Origin: Gaiellaceae bacterium
GTDB lineage: Bacteria; Actinomycetota; Thermoleophilia; Gaiellales; Gaiellaceae
Reading direction: 5' to 3'
Assembly (NCBI GenBank): GCA_036506555.1
Contig: DASXRO010000108.1
Location: forward strand, 1 to 60,891
Length of the DNA: 60,891 nt
Positions 52,421 to 60,891 of this stretch are shown here, one piece after another. Every line of letters starts with the position of its first letter. Position 1 is the stretch's first letter. The translations under genes were made by a program, and so were the position numbers. Below the pieces are notes generated by a model. It was not told the DNA's origin. It saw only the letters and a program-made list of their open reading frames with translations, and searched no databases.

Positions 52421-53755
52421 GTGAAAGAGACCGCGCCCAAGGAGCTCTGGGGCGGCGAGACGGGAAAGGCGGTCGAGAACTTTCCGGTCTCGGGCGAGCG
52501 CATTCCGCCGTCGGTGGCGCGCTGGCTGGGACGCATCAAGGCCGCTGCGGCGCGCGTGAACGCCGACCTGGGGCTGCTCGACGCGGACAAGGCCGAGCGG
52601 ATCGCAGCTGCCGCCGATCGTGTGGCCGCGGGCGAGTTCGACGACCAGTTCCCCATCGACGTCTTCCAGACCGGGTCCGGCACGTCGTCGAACATGAACG
52701 CGAACGAGGTGATTGCCGCGCTCGCGGGTGAGGGCGTGCACCAGAACGACGACGTCAACTTGGGGCAGTCCTCCAACGACGTCTTCCCCTCGGCCGTGCA
52801 CCTCGCAGCGCTCGACGAGCTCGTCAACGACCTTCTGCCCGCGCTCTCGCGCCTCGGCGGCTCCCTCGAGGCGAAGGCGAGCGAGTTCGACGACGTCGTC
52901 AAGTCCGGGCGCACCCATCTGATGGACGCCGTGCCGGTGACGCTCGGACAGGAGTTCGGCGGCTACGCGGCCCAGGTCCGGCAGGGCAGCGCCCGTGTCG
53001 AGGCGACGCTTGACCGCGTCGGCAGCATTCCGCTCGGAGGAACGGCCGTCGGCACGGGCCTGAACACGCACCCAGAGTTCGCGGAGCGGGTGCGCGCCCG
53101 CCTCGCCGAGGAGACGGGCCTCACCATCCTCCCGCCGGCGGACCCCTTCGAGGCGCAGGCGGCCCGCGACGCGCTCGTCGAAGCGTCCGGAGCTCTCAAG
53201 GTGGTTGCGGTCTCGCTGACGAAGATCGCCAACGACATCCGTCTCATGGGCTCCGGCCCTCGCGCAGGGCTTGCCGAGATCAGCCTGCCGGAGCTCCAGA
53301 AGGGAAGCTCGATCATGCCGGGCAAGGTGAACCCGGTCATCCCCGAGGTCGTCACACAGGTCGGCGCCCAGGTGATCGGCAATGACGCCGCGATCACCGT
53401 CGGTGGTCTCCAGGGTCACTTCGAGCTCAACGTGTTCGTGCCGCTCATCGCGCGCAACCTGCTCCAGTCGATTCACCTGCTGGCGAGCGCCTCCCGGCTC
53501 CTGGCCGAGAAGTGCGTGGACGGGATCGAGGCCAACCGCGAGGTCTGCGAGCGCTACGCCGAGCTGACCCTTTCGGCGGCGACGGCGCTGAATCCCTACG
53601 TCGGCTACGACAAGGCGAGCGAGATCGTGAGGGAAGCGGCGGCCTCCGGAAGGCCGCTGCGCGAGGTCGCGCGGGAAGCGGGCGTCGACGACGAGATCCT
53701 CGCCAAGGCGCTCGACTTTCGGGCGATGGCGAAACCGCACCCACCCGCCGCATAG
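52421..53755 (+). CDS. fumC: class II fumarate hydratase
   Basis: GSGTSSNMNANEVIA, GQSSNDVFP, TH.MDA.P.T.GQEF and the signature GSSIMPGKVNP. Start at GTG 52421 (VKETAPKELWGG). Confidence 0.9.
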   Translation: MKETAPKELWGGETGKAVENFPVSGERIPPSVARWLGRIKAAAARVNADLGLLDADKAERIAAAADRVAAGEFDDQFPIDVFQTGSGTSSNMNANEVIAALAGEGVHQNDDVNLGQSSNDVFPSAVHLAALDELVNDLLPALSRLGGSLEAKASEFDDVVKSGRTHLMDAVPVTLGQEFGGYAAQVRQGSARVEATLDRVGSIPLGGTAVGTGLNTHPEFAERVRARLAEETGLTILPPADPFEAQAARDALVEASGALKVVAVSLTKIANDIRLMGSGPRAGLAEISLPELQKGSSIMPGKVNPVIPEVVTQVGAQVIGNDAAITVGGLQGHFELNVFVPLIARNLLQSIHLLASASRLLAEKCVDGIEANREVCERYAELTLSAATALNPYVGYDKASEIVREAAASGRPLREVAREAGVDDEILAKALDFRAMAKPHPPAA

Positions 53756-53886
53756 TCCCGGCGGCCGGCCCGCCGCAGGGGGTGTTCCGCGGCTTGACAA
53801 AGCCGGCCGAAAATGACTTCATCTAACGCCGGATATCGGCCTTGCACCGGCACCCGGGAGCTGGGCGCCAGAGGGGAGCAATAGAG

Positions 53887-54264
53887 ATGCGCCGCATGCA
53901 GGTGGGCTTTGCAGCGTTCGTCGTTGCGCTCATGACAGTGGTGCTGCTCGTTCCGACGGGGTCGGGCGCGCAGGGAGGACAGGGAACGCAGCCGCTCAGC
54001 GTCCACACGAAGTCGGACGCCGCGCGCGCAAAGCTCGATGGCAAGTTGCGCGACCTCGTCGCCTCGGGGACGAACAAGCGCGTCTTCGTCTTTGCGACCG
54101 TGGGCGGAAGCGCTCGAGTCTCCAGGGGGCCCTCAGGCTCCTTCGCAACGCGCACGTCGCCCGCGGCCCCGGGATGTCACTGGTCGTCGGTTCCATCCGC
54201 GTCCAGCAGCTCACGAAGCTCGCCGGAGCCAGCAGTGTTCTCTCGGTTCGGCTCGTCGAGCTGA
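53887..54264 (+). CDS. signal peptide / start of propeptide, apparently belonging to the downstream S8 protease but in a different frame
   Basis: MRRMQVGFAAFVVALMTVVLLVPTGSGAQG...NKRVFVFATVGGSARV looks genuine. After about 54120 this frame becomes Ser/Pro-rich nonsense, while the protease frame becomes sensible (LQGALRLLRNAHVA...). Confidence 0.5.
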   Translation: MRRMQVGFAAFVVALMTVVLLVPTGSGAQGGQGTQPLSVHTKSDAARAKLDGKLRDLVASGTNKRVFVFATVGGSARVSRGPSGSFATRTSPAAPGCHWSSVPSASSSSRSSPEPAVFSRFGSSS

Positions 54265-57200
54265 AGCAGACGGCGCGCCCGCCCGGAATCCCGGATCCGG
54301 GTCTCAACAAGCTTCCCTCTCTCAGCTCTCTGCAGGCGTTCATGAACAACCTGCGCAAAAAGGAAGTGCCCTACTCGCAGGCGCCTCCGCTCAAGGGCTC
54401 GAACTTCGAGCAGCTCAAGGACCTAGCCCTTCTCGATGCCAAGACGCACGGATTCGCCGAGGCGTGGGAGAACGGCTACACCGGCGACGGTGAGACCGGC
54501 GCCGTCCTCGACGGCGGCACCGACTGGGGCCATCCCGACCTGATCGGCACGTGGCGCACGGGAGCGAACGGCTGGCCGCGCGCCTTCGACCCGTTCGGCA
54601 CGCTGATCTTCCTTGCCGCCCCGGGCTTTGTCGACCAGGGCCTGAGCTGGTACACGAAGACCCAGCCCAAGTCGAGTTTCACGCAGAACTCCCAGGACGC
54701 GAAGAAGGACCTCTACCGCGTCAACTTCGCGACCCGAATCGGCCCGTCGCGCAACTTCGGCGCTCCCGACGGGTTCCGCACGCATTCGTACACGTTCCCG
54801 AAGGCGTGGACGAAGTCGGGCACGGTCAGGATGGGCAGCCATCCCGATGACCACCTGCTCCAGCTGTTCACGGAGCGGCCCGCCTTCATCGTCGCCGACC
54901 CGAACACGGCCGGCGTGTACGACACCGTCTACGTGGACCTTGACGACGACTACCAGTTCGCCGACGAGAAGCCCGTGACGAGGGCCTCCCCCGTCTCGTA
55001 CCGCGACATGAACGGGGACGGCTACACCGACCTCTCGGGCGGCCTTCTCTACTACATCTCGGACGGAGCGACGCCCATCCCGGGCGGCCTGACGTCGTTC
55101 GGCGTCAGCATCGTTCCCGACCCGGGCGCCATGCTCGCGTGGACGGGTGACTTCGATCCGGCCATCGAGGGCCACGGGACGCTGACGGCCTCCAACGTTG
55201 TCGGCCAGGGCGTCATCAACGGGAACGCGCCGCACTTCGACGACGTCCCGGGCGGGACATACCCCGGTGCCGTCATCGGCGGGGCGCCCAACGCCAAGCT
55301 CATGCCGTTCGGCGACATCTACTTCTCGTTCGACTTCTCGACGCAGTTCGCCTACTTCCTGACGAACTCGGCGGGAGCGAACGTGACCACGAACTCGTAC
55401 GGCTCCTCCTCAGCCGACAACGACGGCTACGACGCGGCCAGCCAGGAAGCCGCGTTCTGGCACACGGCGACGTTCGGCGGCGGCGCACGGGGCAGGACGA
55501 CCGCCCTCTTCTCGACCGGTAACGGGGCGCCCGGGTGGGGCACGACGACTCCCCCGGCTCCTTACACCGGCATCAAGGTCGGGGCCTCGACGCAGTTCGG
55601 CGGCACCGGCTGGGACTCGATCGCCAACGCAAGCCAGATCACCGACAACGACGTCATGGTCTGGTCGAACCGAGGGCCGGGAGCGACGGGCACAACCGGC
55701 GTCGACGTCGTCGCTGACGGCGCGTTCTCGGCCGGCGACGTGACGCTCAACGCGTCTCTCAACGGGCGCAACGCGTGGGAGACGTGGGGCGGCACGAGCC
55801 GCTCGGCCCCCGTGGCCGGCGCGGCCACGCTGCTCGTCTACGACGCCTGGAAGCAGGCGCACGGCGGGACCGTGCCCAACGACTTCGAGTTCAAGGCACG
55901 GCAGATCCTCATGTCCTCCGCCAAGGACCTGAAGTACGACAGCTGGGCCCAGGGTGCCGGCTCCGTCGACGCTGCCCGGGCCACCCAGCTCGCGGCGGCC
56001 GGCGGGTCGGTCTCGCCTGACGAGTGGCGGCCGGGTGACTATCGCGGGACCGAGTACCCCTCCTTCGCGAACGTCATCGCTCCCGGTGGACACGACGCCC
56101 AGACCTTCACCATCGACGGACCGGGCACGTACGCTGTCTCGGATCGCTACCTGCGCCGGACGGACCGCGTCGACCGGTCGTTCACGACGGCGCGCGTGAA
56201 CAAAGAGTCGACCTTCAATTTCAACGCGCCGGACTACCTGATCAACATCAGCGACGTGGTCGCGGCTCATCCGGATGCCGACCTGATGGTCGTGCGGGCC
56301 AACTTCCCGTACACCCAGTTCGACGGCAACGGCGACTACTCGGAAGACCAGGCATGGCGGCTGCTCACGTACAACTGGACGGACGTGAACCACGACGGCA
56401 GGCTCTGGACCGACCTCGACGCCGATGGGGCGGTCGACCACGTCGACACCGCGCATATCTCCAACGTCGATTCGAACTACGACATCAACTTCGCCGCATC
56501 CGAGATGCAAAAGGGCGAGTACGTCCGCTTCATGTACCACCGGCCCGGCTCGCCCACGCTCCAGTCGTGGGTGCGCCAGCCGAACGCACGGATGGCCGAC
56601 GGCCTGTTCCTCGGGTTCCAGCACACGGTGCACAACCCGTCCATCCCGCAGACGAGCTTCCAGATCCGGATCGACTTCTACAAGAACGTCGACTGGCCCT
56701 GGGTCTCGACTCCGGGCTCGGCATCCGGATCGTTCTCTGCGTCGATCGACGTCCCGGGCGGCACCGCTCCGGGCATGTACGACGGCGCGATCGTCCTCAC
56801 CAAGGACGGCCGCGACACCGTCGTCCCGGTCTCGGTAGCGGTCAAAGCGGACCTGCCGCAGGATGCAAGCGGAAACATCACCGACAGCCTGCACTTCGGC
56901 GGTGCGAGTGCCGCCGCGGCTGACGATGCCTCGCTCTACAACAACGGCTCCGTCTTCGGCGCGACCGACTGGACGTGGCGAGCGGAGTCCGGTGACTGGC
57001 GCTTCTTCTACTTCGATGCGGCGCTCGCGCCGCCGGACGGGACGCTCTTCCTGTCCGACACCAAGTGGGACGACGCGGCGCCGTACACCGACCTCGACAC
57101 GCTCCTCATGGGCCGCTCGTCGAACACGTACCAGCTGATCGGCGGGAGCGCGCCGATCGGGGCGCCGTACATCCTCGACACGCTCGGGAAGAGCGAGAAC

Positions 57201-57968
57201 ACCAACATCGGCGACGGTGTCTGGACGTTCGACACGGCCACGGGCGGCGCCGAGGAATTCGTCGCCGGCCCGGCCCAGGAGGGGCTCCAGATGCTGGCGC
57301 AGCACCAGGTCAACTTCCAGGGCGACAAGTTCGACGTCCCGTTCGAGACCACGCTCGGCTCTGCCAGGGTCACGCCGAGCTCGGTCGAGCAGACGACCGC
57401 GAGCGACACGGGCAGCTTCGACGTGACGTTCCAGGCGACGGTCGATCTGGCCGGCCTCCAGGCGGAGGCATTCGGGCTCAGCCAGCCGAGCACGACGACC
57501 GAGACCGCCCACCAGGACGATCCGAACGACCCGTCCACCGCGAGCGTGAAGAAGACCGTCGCGATCTCGCATGCATCTCGGGCGACGTTCGAGGTTCATC
57601 TTGCGGGCAACGACATCGACCTGTACGTCCTCAAGGACGGCCAGCTCGTCGGGTCCTCGACGAGCTCGTCCGGCGACGAGGTGGTCGAGCTGACGCGGCC
57701 GGCAGACGGCACCTACGAAGTGTGGGTGCACGGGTTCAGCGTCACGGGCACGCCGACGTTCCCGCTCACGATCGATGTCGTGCAGGGCAACGACATGACC
57801 GTCAGCGGACTGCCGTCGGGCGCCGTGCCCGCGGGCACCCCCGTGACGATCCACGTCGCCTACTCGAAGGCGATGACGGCCGGCCAGAGCTACTTCGGCG
57901 AGCTGCAGCTCGGCCCGCCGAGCGCTCCGGCGGCGCTCACGGTGCCGATCAGGATCAACCGGAGCTGA
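54174..57968 (+). CDS. very large secreted subtilase (peptidase S8, TPPII-like Asp-His spacing) with C-terminal pre-peptidase (PPC) domain
   Basis: Catalytic Asp (AVLDGGTDWGHPDL), His (EGHGTLTASNVVG, about 230 residues later) and Ser (GGTSRSAPVAGAATLL). The C-terminal DIDLYVLKDGQLVGSS...DGTYEVWVHGF is PPC-like. The sensible frame extends upstream of the first ATG to about 54120. Confidence 0.85.
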   Translation: MSLVVGSIRVQQLTKLAGASSVLSVRLVELKQTARPPGIPDPGLNKLPSLSSLQAFMNNLRKKEVPYSQAPPLKGSNFEQLKDLALLDAKTHGFAEAWENGYTGDGETGAVLDGGTDWGHPDLIGTWRTGANGWPRAFDPFGTLIFLAAPGFVDQGLSWYTKTQPKSSFTQNSQDAKKDLYRVNFATRIGPSRNFGAPDGFRTHSYTFPKAWTKSGTVRMGSHPDDHLLQLFTERPAFIVADPNTAGVYDTVYVDLDDDYQFADEKPVTRASPVSYRDMNGDGYTDLSGGLLYYISDGATPIPGGLTSFGVSIVPDPGAMLAWTGDFDPAIEGHGTLTASNVVGQGVINGNAPHFDDVPGGTYPGAVIGGAPNAKLMPFGDIYFSFDFSTQFAYFLTNSAGANVTTNSYGSSSADNDGYDAASQEAAFWHTATFGGGARGRTTALFSTGNGAPGWGTTTPPAPYTGIKVGASTQFGGTGWDSIANASQITDNDVMVWSNRGPGATGTTGVDVVADGAFSAGDVTLNASLNGRNAWETWGGTSRSAPVAGAATLLVYDAWKQAHGGTVPNDFEFKARQILMSSAKDLKYDSWAQGAGSVDAARATQLAAAGGSVSPDEWRPGDYRGTEYPSFANVIAPGGHDAQTFTIDGPGTYAVSDRYLRRTDRVDRSFTTARVNKESTFNFNAPDYLINISDVVAAHPDADLMVVRANFPYTQFDGNGDYSEDQAWRLLTYNWTDVNHDGRLWTDLDADGAVDHVDTAHISNVDSNYDINFAASEMQKGEYVRFMYHRPGSPTLQSWVRQPNARMADGLFLGFQHTVHNPSIPQTSFQIRIDFYKNVDWPWVSTPGSASGSFSASIDVPGGTAPGMYDGAIVLTKDGRDTVVPVSVAVKADLPQDASGNITDSLHFGGASAAAADDASLYNNGSVFGATDWTWRAESGDWRFFYFDAALAPPDGTLFLSDTKWDDAAPYTDLDTLLMGRSSNTYQLIGGSAPIGAPYILDTLGKSENTNIGDGVWTFDTATGGAEEFVAGPAQEGLQMLAQHQVNFQGDKFDVPFETTLGSARVTPSSVEQTTASDTGSFDVTFQATVDLAGLQAEAFGLSQPSTTTETAHQDDPNDPSTASVKKTVAISHASRATFEVHLAGNDIDLYVLKDGQLVGSSTSSSGDEVVELTRPADGTYEVWVHGFSVTGTPTFPLTIDVVQGNDMTVSGLPSGAVPAGTPVTIHVAYSKAMTAGQSYFGELQLGPPSAPAALTVPIRINRS

Positions 57969-57977
57969 TCGAACTGC

Positions 57978-58010
57978 GAGAGAGGGCCGCCTGTCGGGCG
58001 GCCCTCTCTC
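57978..58010 (+). terminator. terminator-like GC hairpin after the S8 protease gene (no T tract)
   Basis: GAGAGAGGGCCGCC (57978-57991) - TGTCG - GGCGGCCCTCTCTC (57997-58010), a perfect 14-bp stem 10 nt after the TGA stop. Confidence 0.4.
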
Positions 58011-58058
58011 AGCCTCCGTAGGGCAGGAGAGTCGGCCACGCTCTGGAATCGTGCGGAC

Positions 58059-58415
58059 GTGGCGACGGTCACGAAGCCGATACTCCTCGCTGCGGTCGCA
58101 CTGGCCGCCTTTGTGCTCGTCTATCCGGCCGTGCGGCACCGCCTGCCGGATCGGATGGACTACCTCGGAAACAGGGTGCCGGCAGTCGCGCAAAGCGCGT
58201 CGCAGCTCTCGACCGAGGAGTACGCGCGAGTCGACTCCGCCTTCACGCCTGGGCGCCTGCGGTCGTTCGCCGGAGAGCCCGCGAAGAAGACCAAGGCCTC
58301 GGTCGAGGGCATCGACCTCGAGTGCTGGTACTACGGAATCGCCGGGGCGCAGGGCGCGTACCAGATCTGCTTCGAGAACGGGCGCCTGAGCACGAAGGCC
58401 CGCTTCGGCGGCTAG
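58059..58415 (+). CDS. hypothetical membrane-anchored protein (118 aa)
   Basis: GTG start, N-terminal TM (ILLAAVALAAFVLVYPAV), then a soluble domain with normal composition. No family recognised. Confidence 0.5.
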   Translation: MATVTKPILLAAVALAAFVLVYPAVRHRLPDRMDYLGNRVPAVAQSASQLSTEEYARVDSAFTPGRLRSFAGEPAKKTKASVEGIDLECWYYGIAGAQGAYQICFENGRLSTKARFGG

Positions 58416-58424
58416 GCAGCGAGC

Positions 58425-59363
58425 TCAGTAGGCGACTGCGCCACGCATCCGCGTTGAGTTAGACGCAGCGTGCCGCTGCTCGTCGGCGCGGTAGGAGGAG
58501 CGAACGAGCGGGCCCGAGAAGACCGAGCCGAAGCCCAGCGCCTCCCCCTGCTCCCGGAACCAGCGGAACTCGTCGGGGTGCACCCAGCGGTCGATCGGCG
58601 CGTGCCTGGAGGACGGCTGGAGATACTGGCCGATGGTGACGACGTCAACTCCGTGCTCGCGCAGATCACGGAGCGTCTGGACGACCTCGTCGTTCGTCTC
58701 GCCGAGGCCGACGATGATTCCCGACTTCGTCAGCACGGGATAGGCGGCAATCTCCTTGGCCCGCGCGAGCAGCCAGAGCGCCTTGTCGTAGGAGGCCTTG
58801 GCGCCGCGCATGCGCCGGTGGAGACGGCGCACGGTCTCGATGTTGTGGTTGAAGACGTCGGGGCGCTCGGCCAGGACGACGGCGAGAGCTTCCTCTTCGT
58901 GGTCGAGGAAGTCCGGGGTCAGCACCTCGACCGACGCCTCCGGAAGCTTGCGTTTGAGGGCGCGGATGGTGGCCGCGTAATGGCCGGCGCCCTTGTCGGG
59001 CAAGTCATCGCGGTCGACCGATGTGACGACGACGTGCTCGAGGCCCATCTGCGCGGCGGTCGCCGCGAGACGGAGTGGCTCGAGGGGGTCCGGCGGGTGC
59101 TCGGGCCGTCCCGAGTGGACGTAGCAGTAGCGGCAGGCGCGCGTGCAGGTGTCCCCGAGGATCTGGAACGTCGCTGTCCCGCGGCCCCAGCACTCGGCGA
59201 TGTTCGGGCAGCGCGCTTCCTCGCAGATCGTGTGCAGGTGCTGGCCGTGGATCAGCTCGCGCACCTCGAAGTAGCGCGAGTCGGCACTCGGCGCGCGCAC
59301 CTTCATCCATTCGGGCCGCCGGGGCCGGACCTGAACGGGACGAGAGGTTTCCATCTTCGGCAC
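58425..59363 (-). CDS. lipA: lipoyl synthase
   Basis: CEEARCPNIAECW and radical-SAM CTRACRYC motifs across a full-length 312 aa; GTG start. Confidence 0.95.
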   Translation of the reverse strand: MPKMETSRPVQVRPRRPEWMKVRAPSADSRYFEVRELIHGQHLHTICEEARCPNIAECWGRGTATFQILGDTCTRACRYCYVHSGRPEHPPDPLEPLRLAATAAQMGLEHVVVTSVDRDDLPDKGAGHYAATIRALKRKLPEASVEVLTPDFLDHEEEALAVVLAERPDVFNHNIETVRRLHRRMRGAKASYDKALWLLARAKEIAAYPVLTKSGIIVGLGETNDEVVQTLRDLREHGVDVVTIGQYLQPSSRHAPIDRWVHPDEFRWFREQGEALGFGSVFSGPLVRSSYRADEQRHAASNSTRMRGAVAY

Positions 59364-59370
59364 TAGTCCT

Positions 59371-59410
59371 TAAGGAGGGGGTTCGTGGGGGAACCCTGGG
59401 TTCCCCCACG
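59371..59410 (+). repeat. palindromic element, copy B, in the lipB-lipA spacer
   Basis: TAAGGAGGGGGTT CGTGGGGGAACC CTG GGTTCCCCCACG. The stem 59384-59395 / 59399-59410 is perfect. Same architecture as copy A. Confidence 0.6.
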
Positions 59411-59414
59411 TGAC

Positions 59415-60128
59415 TCAGCTACTGGCTGCGAGCCTTGCATGGGTCGGTTGTGCCCAGAGGCCGGCGCCTTCATCCGCGGGCAGCTCCTCGAGCTCGAGGC
59501 CGAAGACCTCGGCGAGAGCGGCGGCCGCAGCGGGGCGGACCTCGTCGACGATGTGGGGACGGCCGAGCTCCCGGGCCATTGTCGTGAAGGCGGCGTCCTC
59601 GAGGCCGCACGCGGTGATCCAGTCGGTGAACGGCGCGGGGTCGAGATCGACGTTGAGCGCGTATCCGTGCGTCGTCACCCAGCGGGAGATGTGCACGCCG
59701 ATCGAGCAGATCTTGCGCGGTGGCCTCTCCAGCCAGACGCCGGTGAGGCCCTCGATGCGCGTCGCGTCGAGGTCGAAAGCAGCGAGGGTGCGAATGATCG
59801 CCTCCTCGAGGTCGCGGCAGTATTTCTTCACGTCGCGCCCGTGCCGGTTCAGGTCGAGGATCGGATAGCAGACGAGCTGGCCGGGCCCGTGGTACGTGGA
59901 CTTGCCGCCCCGGTCGGTCTCGACCACCTCGACGTCGGCGCCTGCGGGGACGTGCACCTCGGCGCCGTCCGTCCGCCGCCCGAGGGTGATGACGGGAGGA
60001 TGCTCGAGCATCACGATCGTGTCCGGGATCGCGTCCTGGAAGACGGCGCCGGCCAGCGAGCGCTGGAGGTCCCACGCCTCCAGGTAAGGCGTTTCGCCGA
60101 GGTTCAGCAGGTAGCCGGGCTCAGGCAT
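59415..60128 (-). CDS. lipB: lipoyl(octanoyl) transferase
   Basis: 237 aa (VMLEHPPVITLGR, TDRGGKSTYHGPGQLVCYPIL, KICSIGVH). Confidence 0.9.
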   Translation of the reverse strand: MPEPGYLLNLGETPYLEAWDLQRSLAGAVFQDAIPDTIVMLEHPPVITLGRRTDGAEVHVPAGADVEVVETDRGGKSTYHGPGQLVCYPILDLNRHGRDVKKYCRDLEEAIIRTLAAFDLDATRIEGLTGVWLERPPRKICSIGVHISRWVTTHGYALNVDLDPAPFTDWITACGLEDAAFTTMARELGRPHIVDEVRPAAAAALAEVFGLELEELPADEGAGLWAQPTHARLAASS

Positions 60129-60131
60129 GGC

Positions 60132-60890
60132 CTAGTAGGCCGATTCGTCCCAGGTCTGCAGGTTTTCCTTCAGATCGCGCATGAACTGCGCGGCGTAGGC
60201 GCCGTCGACGAGCCGGTGGTCGTAAGAGAGGCAGAGGTTCATGATCGGCCGGATGGCGATGACGTCGCTGCCGTCGTCGCCCGTGACGACGACGGGACGC
60301 TTGACCATCGCCTCCACGTCGAGGATGGCCACCTGCGGCTGGCTGATGATCGGCGTCCCGTGAATGGCCCCGAAACCGCCGGGATTCGTGATCGTGAACG
60401 TCCCGCCCTGGACGTCGTCGGGCATGAGCTTCTTCGACCGCGCCCGGTCGGCCACGTCCTCGATCGCGCGGGCGAGTCCCAGTAGGTTCATTCCTTCGGC
60501 GTTCTTGATCACCGGGACGATGAGGCCCTTGCCGCCCTCGAGAGCGACGGCGATGCCGAGGTTGATGTAGCTCTTGACGACGATCGACTCCCCGCGGAGC
60601 TCGGCGTTCATCCAGGGCCACTTGTCGATCGCATCAATGGTGGCGCGGGCAATGAAGGCGAGGTAGGTGAGCTTGACCCCGTGGCGCTCCGCATACTCGC
60701 GCTTCAGCTTCTCGCGGATGCCGACGACCTTCGAGAGATCGACCTCGAACGTCGTCGTGACGTGCGCGGACGTGTCCAGCGAACGGCGCATGTGCTCAGC
60801 GATGCCCTTGCGCATCGCCGACATGGGCTCGACCGTCTCGCCGGCGCCTGCGGGAGCCGCGGCAGTCGGAGCAGGAGCGGGCCTGGGTGC
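60132..60890 (-). CDS. 2-oxoacid dehydrogenase E2 (dihydrolipoamide acyltransferase), catalytic domain; 5' part outside window
   Basis: Frame is open to the window edge through an Ala/Pro linker (APRPAPAPTAAAPAGAGETVEP), followed by the catalytic domain with the DHRLVDG motif. Confidence 0.88.
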   Translation of the reverse strand, partial: APRPAPAPTAAAPAGAGETVEPMSAMRKGIAEHMRRSLDTSAHVTTTFEVDLSKVVGIREKLKREYAERHGVKLTYLAFIARATIDAIDKWPWMNAELRGESIVVKSYINLGIAVALEGGKGLIVPVIKNAEGMNLLGLARAIEDVADRARSKKLMPDDVQGGTFTITNPGGFGAIHGTPIISQPQVAILDVEAMVKRPVVVTGDDGSDVIAIRPIMNLCLSYDHRLVDGAYAAQFMRDLKENLQTWDESAY

Positions 60891-60891
60891 C

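Noticed and set aside
53794-53825. Perfect TTGACA hexamer (53794-53799) in a less GC-rich stretch upstream of the S8 protease, considered as a promoter.
   Set aside because: No convincing -10 element sits at 16-19 nt spacing (CTTCAT / TTCATC at best). The hexamer is also the loop-proximal part of a small CGGCTT/AAGCCG hairpin following fumC. Not enough to call a promoter.
59385-60485. 366-aa plus-strand ORF starting with a GTG inside the palindromic element just after an AAGGAGGGGG Shine-Dalgarno-like run.
   Set aside because: It is entirely antisense to lipB and the E2 gene and has shadow-type composition. The SD-like run is part of the repeated element.
1-60891. A search by eye for CRISPR arrays, rRNA, IS elements, transposases, integrases, phage genes, toxin-antitoxin pairs and known defence-system genes.
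   Set aside because: No regularly spaced direct repeats, and no ORF with motifs I could assign to these classes. The only repeats found are the short ones reported above.

Overview
A 60.9 kb, very GC-rich (roughly 70% by eye) and densely packed bacterial chromosomal segment. Gene content and codon style look Actinomycetota-like (Thermoleophilia/Rubrobacteria style), but that is inference only. All function calls rest on motifs I recognise in the supplied translations; no similarity search was possible.

The window is mostly housekeeping:
- a complete 14-gene NADH-quinone oxidoreductase operon (nuoA-N, minus strand, 50457 to 36423);
- lipoate synthesis (lipB-lipA) behind the 3' part of a 2-oxoacid dehydrogenase E2 gene;
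- class II fumarase, TrxR-like ferredoxin-NADP reductase, IscA, Mrp/ApbC and arginase;
- RarA, a fused EtfB-EtfA, an FtsH-like protease, methylmalonyl-CoA epimerase and NaPRTase;
- two ECF sigma factors and an OmpR/HisKA two-component pair next to a CapA-like protein;
- an L,D-transpeptidase envelope cluster, a giant secreted S8 protease and one tRNA-Phe.

Many neighbouring genes are translationally coupled by GTGA/ATGA/TGATG stop-start overlaps, and GTG starts are common. I found no rRNA, CRISPR array, transposase, integrase or recognisable phage or defence genes.

The observations most worth a second look:
1. A 57-nt duplicate of the FNR gene 3' end that differs from the functional end only at synonymous sites. 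It is separated from that end by a 50-nt insert carrying a perfect 12-bp palindrome.
2. A second copy of that about 40-nt palindromic element in the lipB-lipA spacer, with compensatory stem changes.
3. A 91-nt tRNA-Phe-derived tRNA-like element next to tRNA-Phe, in which the anticodon arm is replaced by a 16-bp hairpin.
4. The nuo operon continues without a break into a disulfide reductase, a cNMP-binding protein, a flavoprotein and a membrane adenylate cyclase.
5. A lower-GC patch (about 22.4-24.5 kb) with small membrane ORFs, secreted hypotheticals, a doubly frameshifted gene, a repeated intergenic motif and a three-way-junction inverted repeat.
6. Several genes have frame or start anomalies: the S8 protease signal peptide is out of frame, and an MBL hydrolase and an Ldh_2 homologue lack canonical starts. 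These could be real or could be sequence errors.

None of these amounts to a clearly defined novel multi-gene system. The candidates above are offered with that caveat.
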